Assembly: GCA_963704645.1 (NCBI GenBank)
Contig: OY969926.1
Coordinates: 960,001-1,024,000, forward strand
DNA: 64,000 bases
Reading direction: 5' to 3'
DNA from: an uncultured bacterium
Lineage (GTDB): Bacteria > Patescibacteriota > JACMRA01
The position numbers and the translations under genes are program-made. This document shows, piece after piece, positions 1 through 8,487 of the stretch (position 1 is the first letter of the stretch; every line of letters starts with the position of its first letter). The notes beneath the pieces were generated by a model that searched no databases, was not told where the DNA came from, and worked only from the letters and a program-made list of their open reading frames with translations.

Positions 1-396
1 GTAGCCAGCGTCCAGAAAATAAGTTCTAACATAAGCCTGAGCGTGGAGGATAGTTTGCTACTTTCTGGCTATTTGTATAATATGTCGGTTCAAGAAACCA
101 AACACAAAATAGATCAGCTACTTAAAAAGTTTAAATTTCAGAGCTTACTAAAAACCTCGGTTAACCAATTATCTAGTGTAGAAAAAATTAAATTCGAGTT
201 AATATCTATTTTAATTCATTCACCCAAAATTATTTTTGTAGACAATTTAATAGACGAACTTAACAATTCTGCCTTACAGGAAATACAAAATATTTTAAAA
301 CAACATTTTAATGAAGAAAAAATTTGCATGCTTTTCACCAGCGCCAATATTGAGAACTTAAAAGACTTCTGCCAAGAAATTGTTGAACTTTCATAG
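1..396 (+). CDS. C-terminal part of ABC-transporter ATPase-like protein (5' truncated by window; degenerate motifs)
   Basis: Frame open from base 1. QLSSVEK..LIHSPKIIFVDN..LFTSAN follows the ABC signature / Walker B / H-loop layout. Confidence 0.55.
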   Translation, partial: VASVQKISSNISLSVEDSLLLSGYLYNMSVQETKHKIDQLLKKFKFQSLLKTSVNQLSSVEKIKFELISILIHSPKIIFVDNLIDELNNSALQEIQNILKQHFNEEKICMLFTSANIENLKDFCQEIVELS

Positions 397-523
397 AAGT
401 ATATGAGTTTAAGAACAAGATGAAGTCTTAGCATTGATGTAAACCTATTTCATAACATTAACCGAGCTTAAATACTCAAAATAAGCTCAAAATTGTACAA
501 GAAATCTACTACATTTTTTAAGA

Positions 524-558
524 TTGACTTTTTATTAAGTCTAGAATTAGCTTATAAC
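524..558 (+). promoter_or_regulatory. Putative sigma70 promoter, leaderless spacing
   Basis: TTGACT at 524-529, exactly 29 nt before ATG 559. Confidence 0.5.
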
Positions 559-1572
559 ATGAGCATAAACTATGTTGATTACCGATCTTTTTTAATGGCC
601 AATGTTGATACAATATTACAAACTGCCTCTAGCTTAAGACAGGTTTCTTCTATAGAAAGTGAAGATTTATTTGGAGCGGAAAGCAACGATGCAGGAGCTC
701 AAATTAAATGGCAAGAAGATGTTAAAAATCTATCCATTTTTGAAGTTTTGTTGAAGGAAAAAGATAGCCTTGGCTTGTTTGTTTCTGGTAACCCGCTTAA
801 TGAATATTTTCCTATTCAAGAATGGGCCAGAGAAACAGCTGGAAGAGACGATATTTTTTTAGTTCTGGTTACTAAAGTTCGCAAAATTTTTACTAAAGCC
901 GGTCAAATGATGTTAACTTTGCAAATAACTTTAAACACAGGCGAAATTGAAGGAGTTATTTTCCCTAAAAGAGCTATGGATTTATCACCAAAACTGGTGG
1001 AGGCGGAAATGTTTTGGGTTCGGGGTAAAATTAGCATGCCTAAAAAGAGAGAAACAAAACCAGAAGTTGTTGTTACTGCACCCGAAGAAGTAGAACAAAC
1101 TGATAGCGATAATACTGATAATACAGACGAGGTTATGCCAACAGAAACGGTTGTAGATATAGTAAAAGAGTACGACGAATTACCGAAACTTTTAATTGAT
1201 AATTTGGCTATTTTTGAAGAAGGTCCGCTGTCAGTTTTGCTGAATGAAGATATAAGAGTATCTGTTAATAGAGAAAAGGCTTTAAAATCAAAGAATTGGG
1301 CTGAATTAAAACAAAATCCTGACAGTTTATTTTCCACAGAAGAAGTTAAGCAAATTCCCGCTGAAAAAGAATTGACTAGCCCTAACACTATTAAAGTTAT
1401 TAAAATTACCAAGCAAATGGGAGCTGAGGTTTTAACCCAAATAAAGAAGAACTTGAAAACCGAAGCTGGGCCAAATTTAACTGAAGTAGAATTGTGGGTA
1501 GAAAATCAAGGTGAATTGAAAAAGGTAAAAGGAAATTTCTGGCTACCAAAAACTGAAGCCGACAAGTTTTAA
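559..1572 (+). CDS. dnaE: DNA polymerase III alpha subunit C-terminal part only (clamp-binding motif, OB fold, CTD)
   Basis: EDLFG clamp-type motif, KEKDSLGLFVSGNPL, OB-fold KVRKIFTKAGQMM..IEGVIFPK..WVRGKI. ATG 559 preferred over TTG 493. Confidence 0.8.
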   Translation: MSINYVDYRSFLMANVDTILQTASSLRQVSSIESEDLFGAESNDAGAQIKWQEDVKNLSIFEVLLKEKDSLGLFVSGNPLNEYFPIQEWARETAGRDDIFLVLVTKVRKIFTKAGQMMLTLQITLNTGEIEGVIFPKRAMDLSPKLVEAEMFWVRGKISMPKKRETKPEVVVTAPEEVEQTDSDNTDNTDEVMPTETVVDIVKEYDELPKLLIDNLAIFEEGPLSVLLNEDIRVSVNREKALKSKNWAELKQNPDSLFSTEEVKQIPAEKELTSPNTIKVIKITKQMGAEVLTQIKKNLKTEAGPNLTEVELWVENQGELKKVKGNFWLPKTEADKF

Positions 1573-1700
1573 ATTGCCGGTTTGATAAAATTGTCAGGCA
1601 GCTATAATTTATTTCTTGGATTAGCTCAATAGCGGCCGTTTTTTAATTTGTCTGAGAAATAATAATAGAATTGATACGTTTTAGGTCTTCGTCCACCTAT

Positions 1701-1721
1701 ACCCTGAAACAAGTTCAGGGT
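1701..1721. repeat. Intergenic palindrome ACCCTGAA-ACAAG-TTCAGGGT (REP-like or bidirectional terminator)
   Basis: Perfect 8-bp stem between convergent genes. Confidence 0.5.
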
Positions 1722-1772
1722 GAAAGTTTATATAGTTTAATCTTTATGTATCGAAAATGTAAGTGACTCCTG

Positions 1773-2591
1773 CTACTTCAAAACAATAGAATTTTTATCC
1801 AAATAGTTTACAGACCAACGTAAATCTAGAAACCTAGCTTCTCTGTCTCTTGGTTTTGGGTAATCTAACTCTATAATTCTTTCAGACCTAGCTTCAAAGC
1901 CGCTGAAGTTATACACCCCTACCCCTACCACACTTTGCCTTGAATCACGAATTAAAAATAAAACATCTACTTTTTCAATGTTGAATTCTGTGTTATTCTT
2001 AAAGATAGCCGAAATTTTAAGCGAATTTTGATCTTTTCCAGGTAAAATCTGATCATTCCTAATTTGAATATCTGGAGTTTTCTGGTTATTGTTGGCGTTA
2101 GGATTATAAAATACTCTCTGGGTTTGAGGTTCTTCAATAATACTTAAAGTGGTTGCTGTAGGATCGGCCGAATTTAAAGTTAAATACTTAACCTCTTCAG
2201 GCAATAAATAACTGGTAAATCTTTGCTGATCTAACAATGTACCATCTTTACTTGTAACTTGCAAAGTGTATACCCACGGAAAATAACCAACTGTAGAATT
2301 TAACTTGTTGCTAACAGAAATATATAAAGCAGTTTCTCCAGAAGCCAAAGGTACTAGTTGAGTTGTGCTAACTTCGTACTTATTTTCTTTTAAATCTTTA
2401 GGAATAACTGCGTTGCTGGAATCGAACCAAGTTTGTCTGAATAAGCCAGCAGCAGCTTGACCACCAAAATAAACTGGAGCCAATAAAATAAGGCAAACAC
2501 CAGTAAAAATTAAAACTCCACGTCTTACTCCACCCTGAAAAGCTAGAGATAAATTCTCTATTCTATATTGGAAGCTATCTAGTTGGCTCAT
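1773..2591 (-). CDS. Membrane-anchored hypothetical protein with beta-rich (FxLYD-like) extracellular domains
   Basis: 272-aa ORF, N-terminal TM helix, IFKNNTEFNIEKVDVLFLIRDSRQSVVGV pattern. Confidence 0.6.
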   Translation of the reverse strand: MSQLDSFQYRIENLSLAFQGGVRRGVLIFTGVCLILLAPVYFGGQAAAGLFRQTWFDSSNAVIPKDLKENKYEVSTTQLVPLASGETALYISVSNKLNSTVGYFPWVYTLQVTSKDGTLLDQQRFTSYLLPEEVKYLTLNSADPTATTLSIIEEPQTQRVFYNPNANNNQKTPDIQIRNDQILPGKDQNSLKISAIFKNNTEFNIEKVDVLFLIRDSRQSVVGVGVYNFSGFEARSERIIELDYPKPRDREARFLDLRWSVNYLDKNSIVLK

Positions 2592-2643
2592 ATTTAAAAT
2601 GTGATTGCAATTATTGTATTTACTTGTTGTTTCTGAAAATTAA

Positions 2644-4299
2644 TTAGCTTAAATAGCCCTTAATTAAGTACTCGTTCAACATACGATTACTGTTGAAATG
2701 GCTTCCGTTAATGGCAATGCAATTTCTTTGAATTTTCAACCAATCTTCAAAATTATTTTTATATAAAGGAATGATTATGTTTTCAAGTTTATTATACAAA
2801 TCGGCTAACTGAGCATCTGCCATTTTGCTTGGGTCCATTTCATTTTCGCCTAAAGCCCAACCAGTTACGCCTTCACTCCAGCCTTCTACCCACCATCCAT
2901 CCATAGTAGAAAGGTTTGGCACACCGTTCAAAGATGCTTTCATACCACTTGTTCCAGATGCTTCCAACGGTACTATTGGGTTATTTAACCAAATATCTAC
3001 ACCAGAAGTCATTAAATGACCAACTTCCATGCTATAATCTTGCAAATACACAATCTTTAAAAACTTATTTTCTCTTTTAGATAAATTATAAATTTGTTTA
3101 ATCATTTCCTCTCCGTCTGGTTCATTTGGGTACGCTTTTCCAGAAAAAACTATTTGCAATCCGCCCATTTTTTCGGCAATTTGTAAAAGTCTGTCGTAGT
3201 TAGTAAAAATAAAATTAGCTCTTTTATAACCAACCATTCTTCTGGCAAAACCTATTGTGAAAATTTTTGGATCTAGTAAAATATTTTGTTTGAAATAAAT
3301 ATATTGAAATAAATTTTGTTTGGAAGTTTCATGAGCCCAAGCAATTTCACTAGCCGAAATAACCGCACACAATTTTAGGTTTTCTGGTGATTCCTGCCAG
3401 TTCAAAACATATCTAGAAAATAGCTCGGCAAAAGGCTTAGAAACCCAAGTGTTAACATGAACACCATTGGTAATAGAATCAATTTTGTATTCAGGATACA
3501 TTTCACTTGTAACCAAATTGTGCCTTTTAGAAACACCGTTGCTAAACTTAGACGAAAACAAGGCCAGACTGGTCATGTTCATTCCATCAGATAGCCATAA
3601 GTGATCTGGTAAATATGCGTAAAAATCGCCAAGGGTTTGTTGTAAAACTTCTTTTGGATAATGTGTATGTGCAGTTGCTAAAGGTGTATGTGTGGTAAAA
3701 ACTAAACGTTTCTTTACTTCTTCCCAAGAGCCAAGCGTTCTTTTTAATTCAAGACAGGCGAAAATTGAATGACTTTCGTTACAATGATAATTCTGAATAT
3801 TTTTATGACCTAGCAATTCTAAAATTTGTACGCCGCCAATACCTAATATCATTTCCTGAGAAATTCTAACTTCTTTGTCTGCAGGGTAAACAATGTCAGA
3901 AACTTTTCTCATTTTCTCTGAATTTTCGGGCAAATCTGTGTCTAGAAAGTAAATTGGAACAGAATGTCCAGAATGACCAATAACTTCATATTTCCAAACT
4001 TTTACTTTAACATTTTCACCTGCAACTACAAGGGAATAGTTTAAATCTAGCGGAATTAGGTATTGCTCATAATTCCATAAATCTTCCAGCTCCTCTTGAA
4101 CACCGTCGTTTTTTATTTCCTGCTTGAACCAACCTTTCTTGTATAAAATTGAAACCCCAAACATATTCAAACCCAAATCTGCGGCCGATTTTACAGTGTC
4201 TCCAGCTAAAATACCCAAGCCCCCACAATAAGTTTTCATTTCAGGTTTTAATCCGAATTCTAGGCATAAATAAGCAACGCTGGTAGAAAGTACTGACAT
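2644..4299 (-). CDS. glgP: Alpha-glucan (glycogen/starch) phosphorylase
   Basis: YCGGLGILAGD, FTTHTP, GFARRMVGYKR, PLP-site EASGTSGMKASLNG. Confidence 0.95.
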   Translation of the reverse strand: MSVLSTSVAYLCLEFGLKPEMKTYCGGLGILAGDTVKSAADLGLNMFGVSILYKKGWFKQEIKNDGVQEELEDLWNYEQYLIPLDLNYSLVVAGENVKVKVWKYEVIGHSGHSVPIYFLDTDLPENSEKMRKVSDIVYPADKEVRISQEMILGIGGVQILELLGHKNIQNYHCNESHSIFACLELKRTLGSWEEVKKRLVFTTHTPLATAHTHYPKEVLQQTLGDFYAYLPDHLWLSDGMNMTSLALFSSKFSNGVSKRHNLVTSEMYPEYKIDSITNGVHVNTWVSKPFAELFSRYVLNWQESPENLKLCAVISASEIAWAHETSKQNLFQYIYFKQNILLDPKIFTIGFARRMVGYKRANFIFTNYDRLLQIAEKMGGLQIVFSGKAYPNEPDGEEMIKQIYNLSKRENKFLKIVYLQDYSMEVGHLMTSGVDIWLNNPIVPLEASGTSGMKASLNGVPNLSTMDGWWVEGWSEGVTGWALGENEMDPSKMADAQLADLYNKLENIIIPLYKNNFEDWLKIQRNCIAINGSHFNSNRMLNEYLIKGYLS

Positions 4300-4475
4300 A
4301 ATTTTGTTTTATATTTAAATTTAATTTTTGGTATTTTTATTTTGCCTCATTGGCAAGTTTTTGTCCATAATGCCTGATTGTTTTAAAAATAAGGTCTAAG
4401 TAATTTAATGAGCTAAATCTTCGTCCTTAACCAATTGCAACATATGTGGCTCTGCATCAGTTACGACAAGACGTT

Positions 4476-4633
4476 TAAACAAACTGATAAGATATTTTCA
4501 AAATGAGGAGCAATCCAAAAACAGAACTCCCAATAATGGGAGTTAAGCTTAGTTAGAGTGTGATATAATTCTAGTAAATTTGTGTTGATGTACCACAGGT
4601 AAGGGGTCAAGCCAAAGGCTTGGGGGTAGTTTG
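4476..4633. repeat. ~155-bp element downstream of surface-protein gene, copy 1 (hairpin AACTCCCA/TGGGAGTT plus AAGGGGTCAAGCC-AA-AGGCTTGGGGGTAGTTTG core)
   Basis: Colinear diverged copy at 11658-11814; core also at 7367-7397. Confidence 0.75.
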
Positions 4634-4732
4634 TGCGCGGAGGATAATCAATTACTTAATAACGCGCTATAATAGACTATAGATGATTAGCTAGAACATT
4701 CGCACACTATCTCCAACGTGATCTACTACATA

Positions 4733-7195
4733 TTAAATCAACTTCTTGGTTCTTGCACGATAGGTTTTAAAGCCAATAAAGCCTAGTACCAAACTGCCTA
4801 AAATACCAAAAATACTCATTGGGTCAAGTCCTCCAGTTCTAGGTAAAACTGTAGCATTTAGAGCTGTAACATTAACAGTCTCTCCAGTAGGAGTAACAGC
4901 CTCACTTCCAATTTGACCATTAATACCTTGAGTTCCTGTTTGACTTCCTGTAGGTACAGATGTACAAGTCACAAGATTATTTGCTCCTACAGTACAAGTA
5001 CCTGATGGGGCGGCATCTCCAATACCAAGTTTGAAGTTATTTGGAAGAGATTTATCTGCAGGAAGAGTAAAGGTACAAGTTGTTGTAGAGTTTACAAGCA
5101 CACTATTACCTCCATTACAAACTACAGTAAGACCTGGAATGTCGGTTGTAACAAGTGGTGGGAAAAATAAAGTTACATCACCCTTATCTACAGGAGTACC
5201 TCCAGTACCTACAGTTAGTAAAGTATCTCTAAGTCCTGCACTTCCCCCAGTTGTAGGAATACCAGCACAAACTAAAGCTACAGCCGCAGTTCCATTTCCA
5301 CTAATTGTACAAGCTGGAGATTGGCCAGTAGCTGTACTTGTAGCTGCAGTAATACCGCCTGTTGGTAAAGCATAGTTATTGCCAGCGTCTCCTGTTAGAG
5401 GATAGTTACAAGTATAAGTATTTCCAATAGCTACAGTTAAAGCTGAAGTACAGTTTGATGAATTTCCAATGTTGGTTGCAGTTATGGTTGTAGGGGCTAC
5501 TACATTTACAGTTTCACCTGTAGGAGTTACTGGGTTAGAACCAATTTGTCCGTTAATAGGTTGTGTTCCTGTTTGGCTTCCTGTTGGTACAGATGTACAA
5601 GTTACAAGATTGTTTGCTCCTACAGCACAAGTTCCAGCTGGTGTTGCATTACCTATACCTAGTTTGAAGTCTGATGGAAGAGATTTATCTGCAGGAAGAG
5701 TGAAGGTACATGTTGTTGTAGAGTTTACAAGCACTGTTCCTGGTGTTCCACCTACTCCACATGTTACTGTTAGACCTGGGATGTTTGCTGTTGTTAAGGG
5801 AGTAAGAGCTAAAGTTACATCACCCTTATCTACAGGAGTACCTCCAGTACCTACAGTTAGTAAAGTATCTCTAAGTCCTGCACTTCCCCCAGTTGTAGGA
5901 ATACCAGCACAAACTAAAGCTGCAGCAGCAGTTCCATTTCCACTAATTGTACAAGCTGGAGATTGACCAGTAGCTGTACTTGTAGCTGCTGTAATACCAC
6001 CTGTTGGTAAAGCGTAGTTATTACCAGCATCTCCTGTTAGAGGATAGTTACAGGAATAAGTATTTCCAATAGCTACAGTTAAAGCTGAAGTACAGTTTGA
6101 TGAGTTTCCAATGTTGGTTGCAGTTATGGTTGTAGGGGCAAATACTGAAATTGGTGTAGTTCCTCCCAAGTTGGTTGTAGCTGCTTTAGTTCCTGTGGTT
6201 GTTCCTACTGGTACTGAAGAAGCTGTGAATGTTCCGTCTGGGTTTATTGCTGTTGTTATACTTCCTCCTCCATTGTCTATTGTTACTGTTATGTTTCCAG
6301 CATATGGAACTCCTGCTGGTGCTCCTGTTGCTTGGCCTGAACAGTTTACTGTGCCTGAGGCTACCACGCTAGAAGGTGTGCAGGTTAGACCTGTGATTTG
6401 ACCTTGTTCTGGAGTATAGGAAGTTGGGGTTACTGGAGTGTTAAAAGCTGGGGTTGCGTCTTGAGTATATGTAGGGCCGAAAGTTGGGGTTGCTGTGGCG
6501 GCGTATGAGAAAGTAGAACTTACGCCAATAGCAACAAAATAATAACATCCTCCACCTCCACAACCTGCAGTATAACCACATGAAGATCCTTGATCATATC
6601 CAACTGTTAAACCAGGAACAGGACAAGATGCAGCCTCATAAACTGGACCAGAGTTGTTTGGCGGAACGAAACACAGTCTAAAACCGTTTACAAAAACTTG
6701 AGAAGGTTGCTGATATGTTGTAGATGTAGAACTAAAAGCAGGGCAAGGAGCTGCAGGGTCAATTACAACCAATGATTGAGAAACAACACCCTGACAAGTT
6801 GTACCGTTTAGCACGCCACCTCTAGGAACAGACCCTGACCCTAAATCTGGACAACTGTAACTAGTACCAGTTTGACTTGTAACAAAACACTGAGCACCAT
6901 TGCCTCCAAGGCTTTGACCGGCAGGACAAGTATAAGAAGAAGGAGTATTAGATATACAAGTATTTCCACTTACAGTAGAACCAGCAGGACAATTTAAAGC
7001 AGCTAATGCTGTATCAGTATTTTGTAATAAAGAGAAAGTGAATAATCCTGAAATTAATAATACAGAAAGTGTTAATAAAGAGAATAAAGAATATTGTCCT
7101 TTTTTAGATTTTAAAAATTTATTTAAACTAAATTTATTTCCAAATTTAGAATTGTTACTATTACTGTCACTACTTGAAGATGATTTTTGATTCAT
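4733..7195 (-). CDS. Cys/Thr/Gly-rich cell-surface protein with C-terminal LPXTG-type sorting signal
   Basis: N-terminal basic region + TM + ALAA; ends LPRTGG-TM-KTYRARTKKLI. Start uncertain (7195, 7213 or 7246). Confidence 0.8.
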   Translation of the reverse strand: MNQKSSSSSDSNSNNSKFGNKFSLNKFLKSKKGQYSLFSLLTLSVLLISGLFTFSLLQNTDTALAALNCPAGSTVSGNTCISNTPSSYTCPAGQSLGGNGAQCFVTSQTGTSYSCPDLGSGSVPRGGVLNGTTCQGVVSQSLVVIDPAAPCPAFSSTSTTYQQPSQVFVNGFRLCFVPPNNSGPVYEAASCPVPGLTVGYDQGSSCGYTAGCGGGGCYYFVAIGVSSTFSYAATATPTFGPTYTQDATPAFNTPVTPTSYTPEQGQITGLTCTPSSVVASGTVNCSGQATGAPAGVPYAGNITVTIDNGGGSITTAINPDGTFTASSVPVGTTTGTKAATTNLGGTTPISVFAPTTITATNIGNSSNCTSALTVAIGNTYSCNYPLTGDAGNNYALPTGGITAATSTATGQSPACTISGNGTAAAALVCAGIPTTGGSAGLRDTLLTVGTGGTPVDKGDVTLALTPLTTANIPGLTVTCGVGGTPGTVLVNSTTTCTFTLPADKSLPSDFKLGIGNATPAGTCAVGANNLVTCTSVPTGSQTGTQPINGQIGSNPVTPTGETVNVVAPTTITATNIGNSSNCTSALTVAIGNTYTCNYPLTGDAGNNYALPTGGITAATSTATGQSPACTISGNGTAAVALVCAGIPTTGGSAGLRDTLLTVGTGGTPVDKGDVTLFFPPLVTTDIPGLTVVCNGGNSVLVNSTTTCTFTLPADKSLPNNFKLGIGDAAPSGTCTVGANNLVTCTSVPTGSQTGTQGINGQIGSEAVTPTGETVNVTALNATVLPRTGGLDPMSIFGILGSLVLGFIGFKTYRARTKKLI
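4870..6138 (-). repeat. Intragenic tandem duplication, ~642-bp (214-aa) unit, 2 copies
   Basis: PTTITATNIGNSSNCTSAL...VTPTGETVNV occurs twice; DNA offset 5469 vs 6111. Confidence 0.85.
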
Positions 7196-7366
7196 ATTTA
7201 TTTTTGTTTTCATTAGAATTATACTCCAGGTTTTTGTTTTGGGCAAAAGGGATTAAAAAATTTTTAGATAAAGGAATTAAGGTAAGTTTAAGCAAACTAA
7301 AACCTATATTTAATAGAGTAAAAAAATCCAACTAAATTGTAGGGGCTATGTGTGAGTACACCTACC

Positions 7367-7397
7367 AAGGGGTCAAGCCGAAGGTTTGGGGGTTGTT
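7367..7397. repeat. Core repeat AAGGGGTCAAGCCGAAGGTTTGGGGGTTGTT, copy 2
   Basis: Near-identical to 4601-4633 and 11782-11814, same orientation. Confidence 0.75.
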
Positions 7398-7477
7398 ACA
7401 GTCAACGTTTTAAACCAAACCTGCTTGACAAAATAAACCTAAAAAAGCCCAATTGCTTTATTCTAAATAAAAAATTT

Positions 7478-7855
7478 ATGTTAAATAATATTAAAAACGC
7501 AGCAGGTTTAATGGCAAACGCAAACAAAGTTCGTCAACAACAACAAAAAATTTCTGCACTTTTAGCTTCTATAAGAGTATCTGGAACAAGTAAAAATTCT
7601 AGGGTTACTGTAACAATTACTGGGGAACAAAAAATTGTAGACATACAAATTGACCCATCTTTAGTTAACTTTGTATACGAAAACTATACATCCGTAGGCA
7701 AAGCAGATTCTGTTTTAAGCAAATCTATTATTGAAGCTGTAGAAGATGCTATTTCCAAAGTTCAAAAAGAAATTGCAAAGAAAATGCAAGAAACAGGAAG
7801 TATGGGCGATTTCATGAGTATGGTACAAGCTGTAAGCCAAGGTGGAGACCAATAG
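7478..7855 (+). CDS. ybaB: YbaB/EbfC nucleoid-associated protein
   Basis: Q..ISALLASIRVSGTS..VTVTITGEQKIVDIQIDP..IIEAVEDA. ATG 7478 follows a TTGACA box. Confidence 0.8.
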   Translation: MLNNIKNAAGLMANANKVRQQQQKISALLASIRVSGTSKNSRVTVTITGEQKIVDIQIDPSLVNFVYENYTSVGKADSVLSKSIIEAVEDAISKVQKEIAKKMQETGSMGDFMSMVQAVSQGGDQ

Positions 7856-8064
7856 ATTTAACTGAGATTTAATCTCCTTCCCCCTACTCTCTTTTCAGCC
7901 TCATAGCTTTTCACTTTTTCCTTAAATGAATTACGCAACAAGATTGATAATTGTTTATTTGCGAGAGGATTCTGGAAGTACGCAATTTAGAAGGATAACC
8001 TTATCTACAATTTTATGGTTAAAACAAATACCCTCATTTTCCTAAACAAAATTTAATAATTATT

Positions 8065-8487
8065 ATGCCTAAACTATTTCTAGCCAAAACCGACCCTCAA
8101 ACTTACTCTGTTTATGATTTAGCCAGAGATAAAGAAACTAACTGGGACGGAGTTCACAGCAACCCTGCTTTGTTGGTAATTAGATCTTGGGAAATTGGAG
8201 ACTTAGTTTTAGTTTATCACTCTCAAGGTGAGGCAAAAATTATGGGTTTAATGGAAGTTATAGGTCAACCAGTAAAAGATGAAAATGACCCTAGACCAAG
8301 CTGGTACGCCAAAGTACGTTTTATTCAACATTTTGCTGAAGATAAACAAGTAACTTTAAAGGAAATTAAGGAAACTGGTTTGTTTCAAGATTGGCTTTTA
8401 GTAAGGCAGGGAAGACTTTCCACAATGGCCTGCCCCGATAATTTTACTTATTGGTTTCAAAAGAGAGTTGACCAGAAGCTGCTTTAA
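8065..8487 (+). CDS. EVE domain-containing protein
   Basis: FLAKTDPQTYS..WDGV..GDLVLVYHS..VTLKEIK..LVRQGRLS. 3' end overlaps pyrG by 44 bp. Confidence 0.85.
   Translation: MPKLFLAKTDPQTYSVYDLARDKETNWDGVHSNPALLVIRSWEIGDLVLVYHSQGEAKIMGLMEVIGQPVKDENDPRPSWYAKVRFIQHFAEDKQVTLKEIKETGLFQDWLLVRQGRLSTMACPDNFTYWFQKRVDQKLL

Noticed and set aside
559-700. Split-intein C-fragment at the start of dnaE-C
   Set aside because: No intein block F/G pattern or HN/SN-Cys junction; the sequence resembles ordinary DnaE from the start.
7339-7365. GTAGGGGCT...CACCTAC as another GTAG REP
   Set aside because: Stem pairing is poor; at best a decayed copy.
7352-7477. N-terminal extensions given by the ORF track (ybaB; likewise starts at 493, 10171, 22357, 38025, 38316)
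   Set aside because: The extensions run through promoter or repeat DNA; downstream ATGs fit the family N-termini better.
8444-8487. 44-bp convergent overlap of the EVE gene and pyrG as a regulatory device
   Set aside because: Short 3' overlaps are common in compact genomes; no further evidence.
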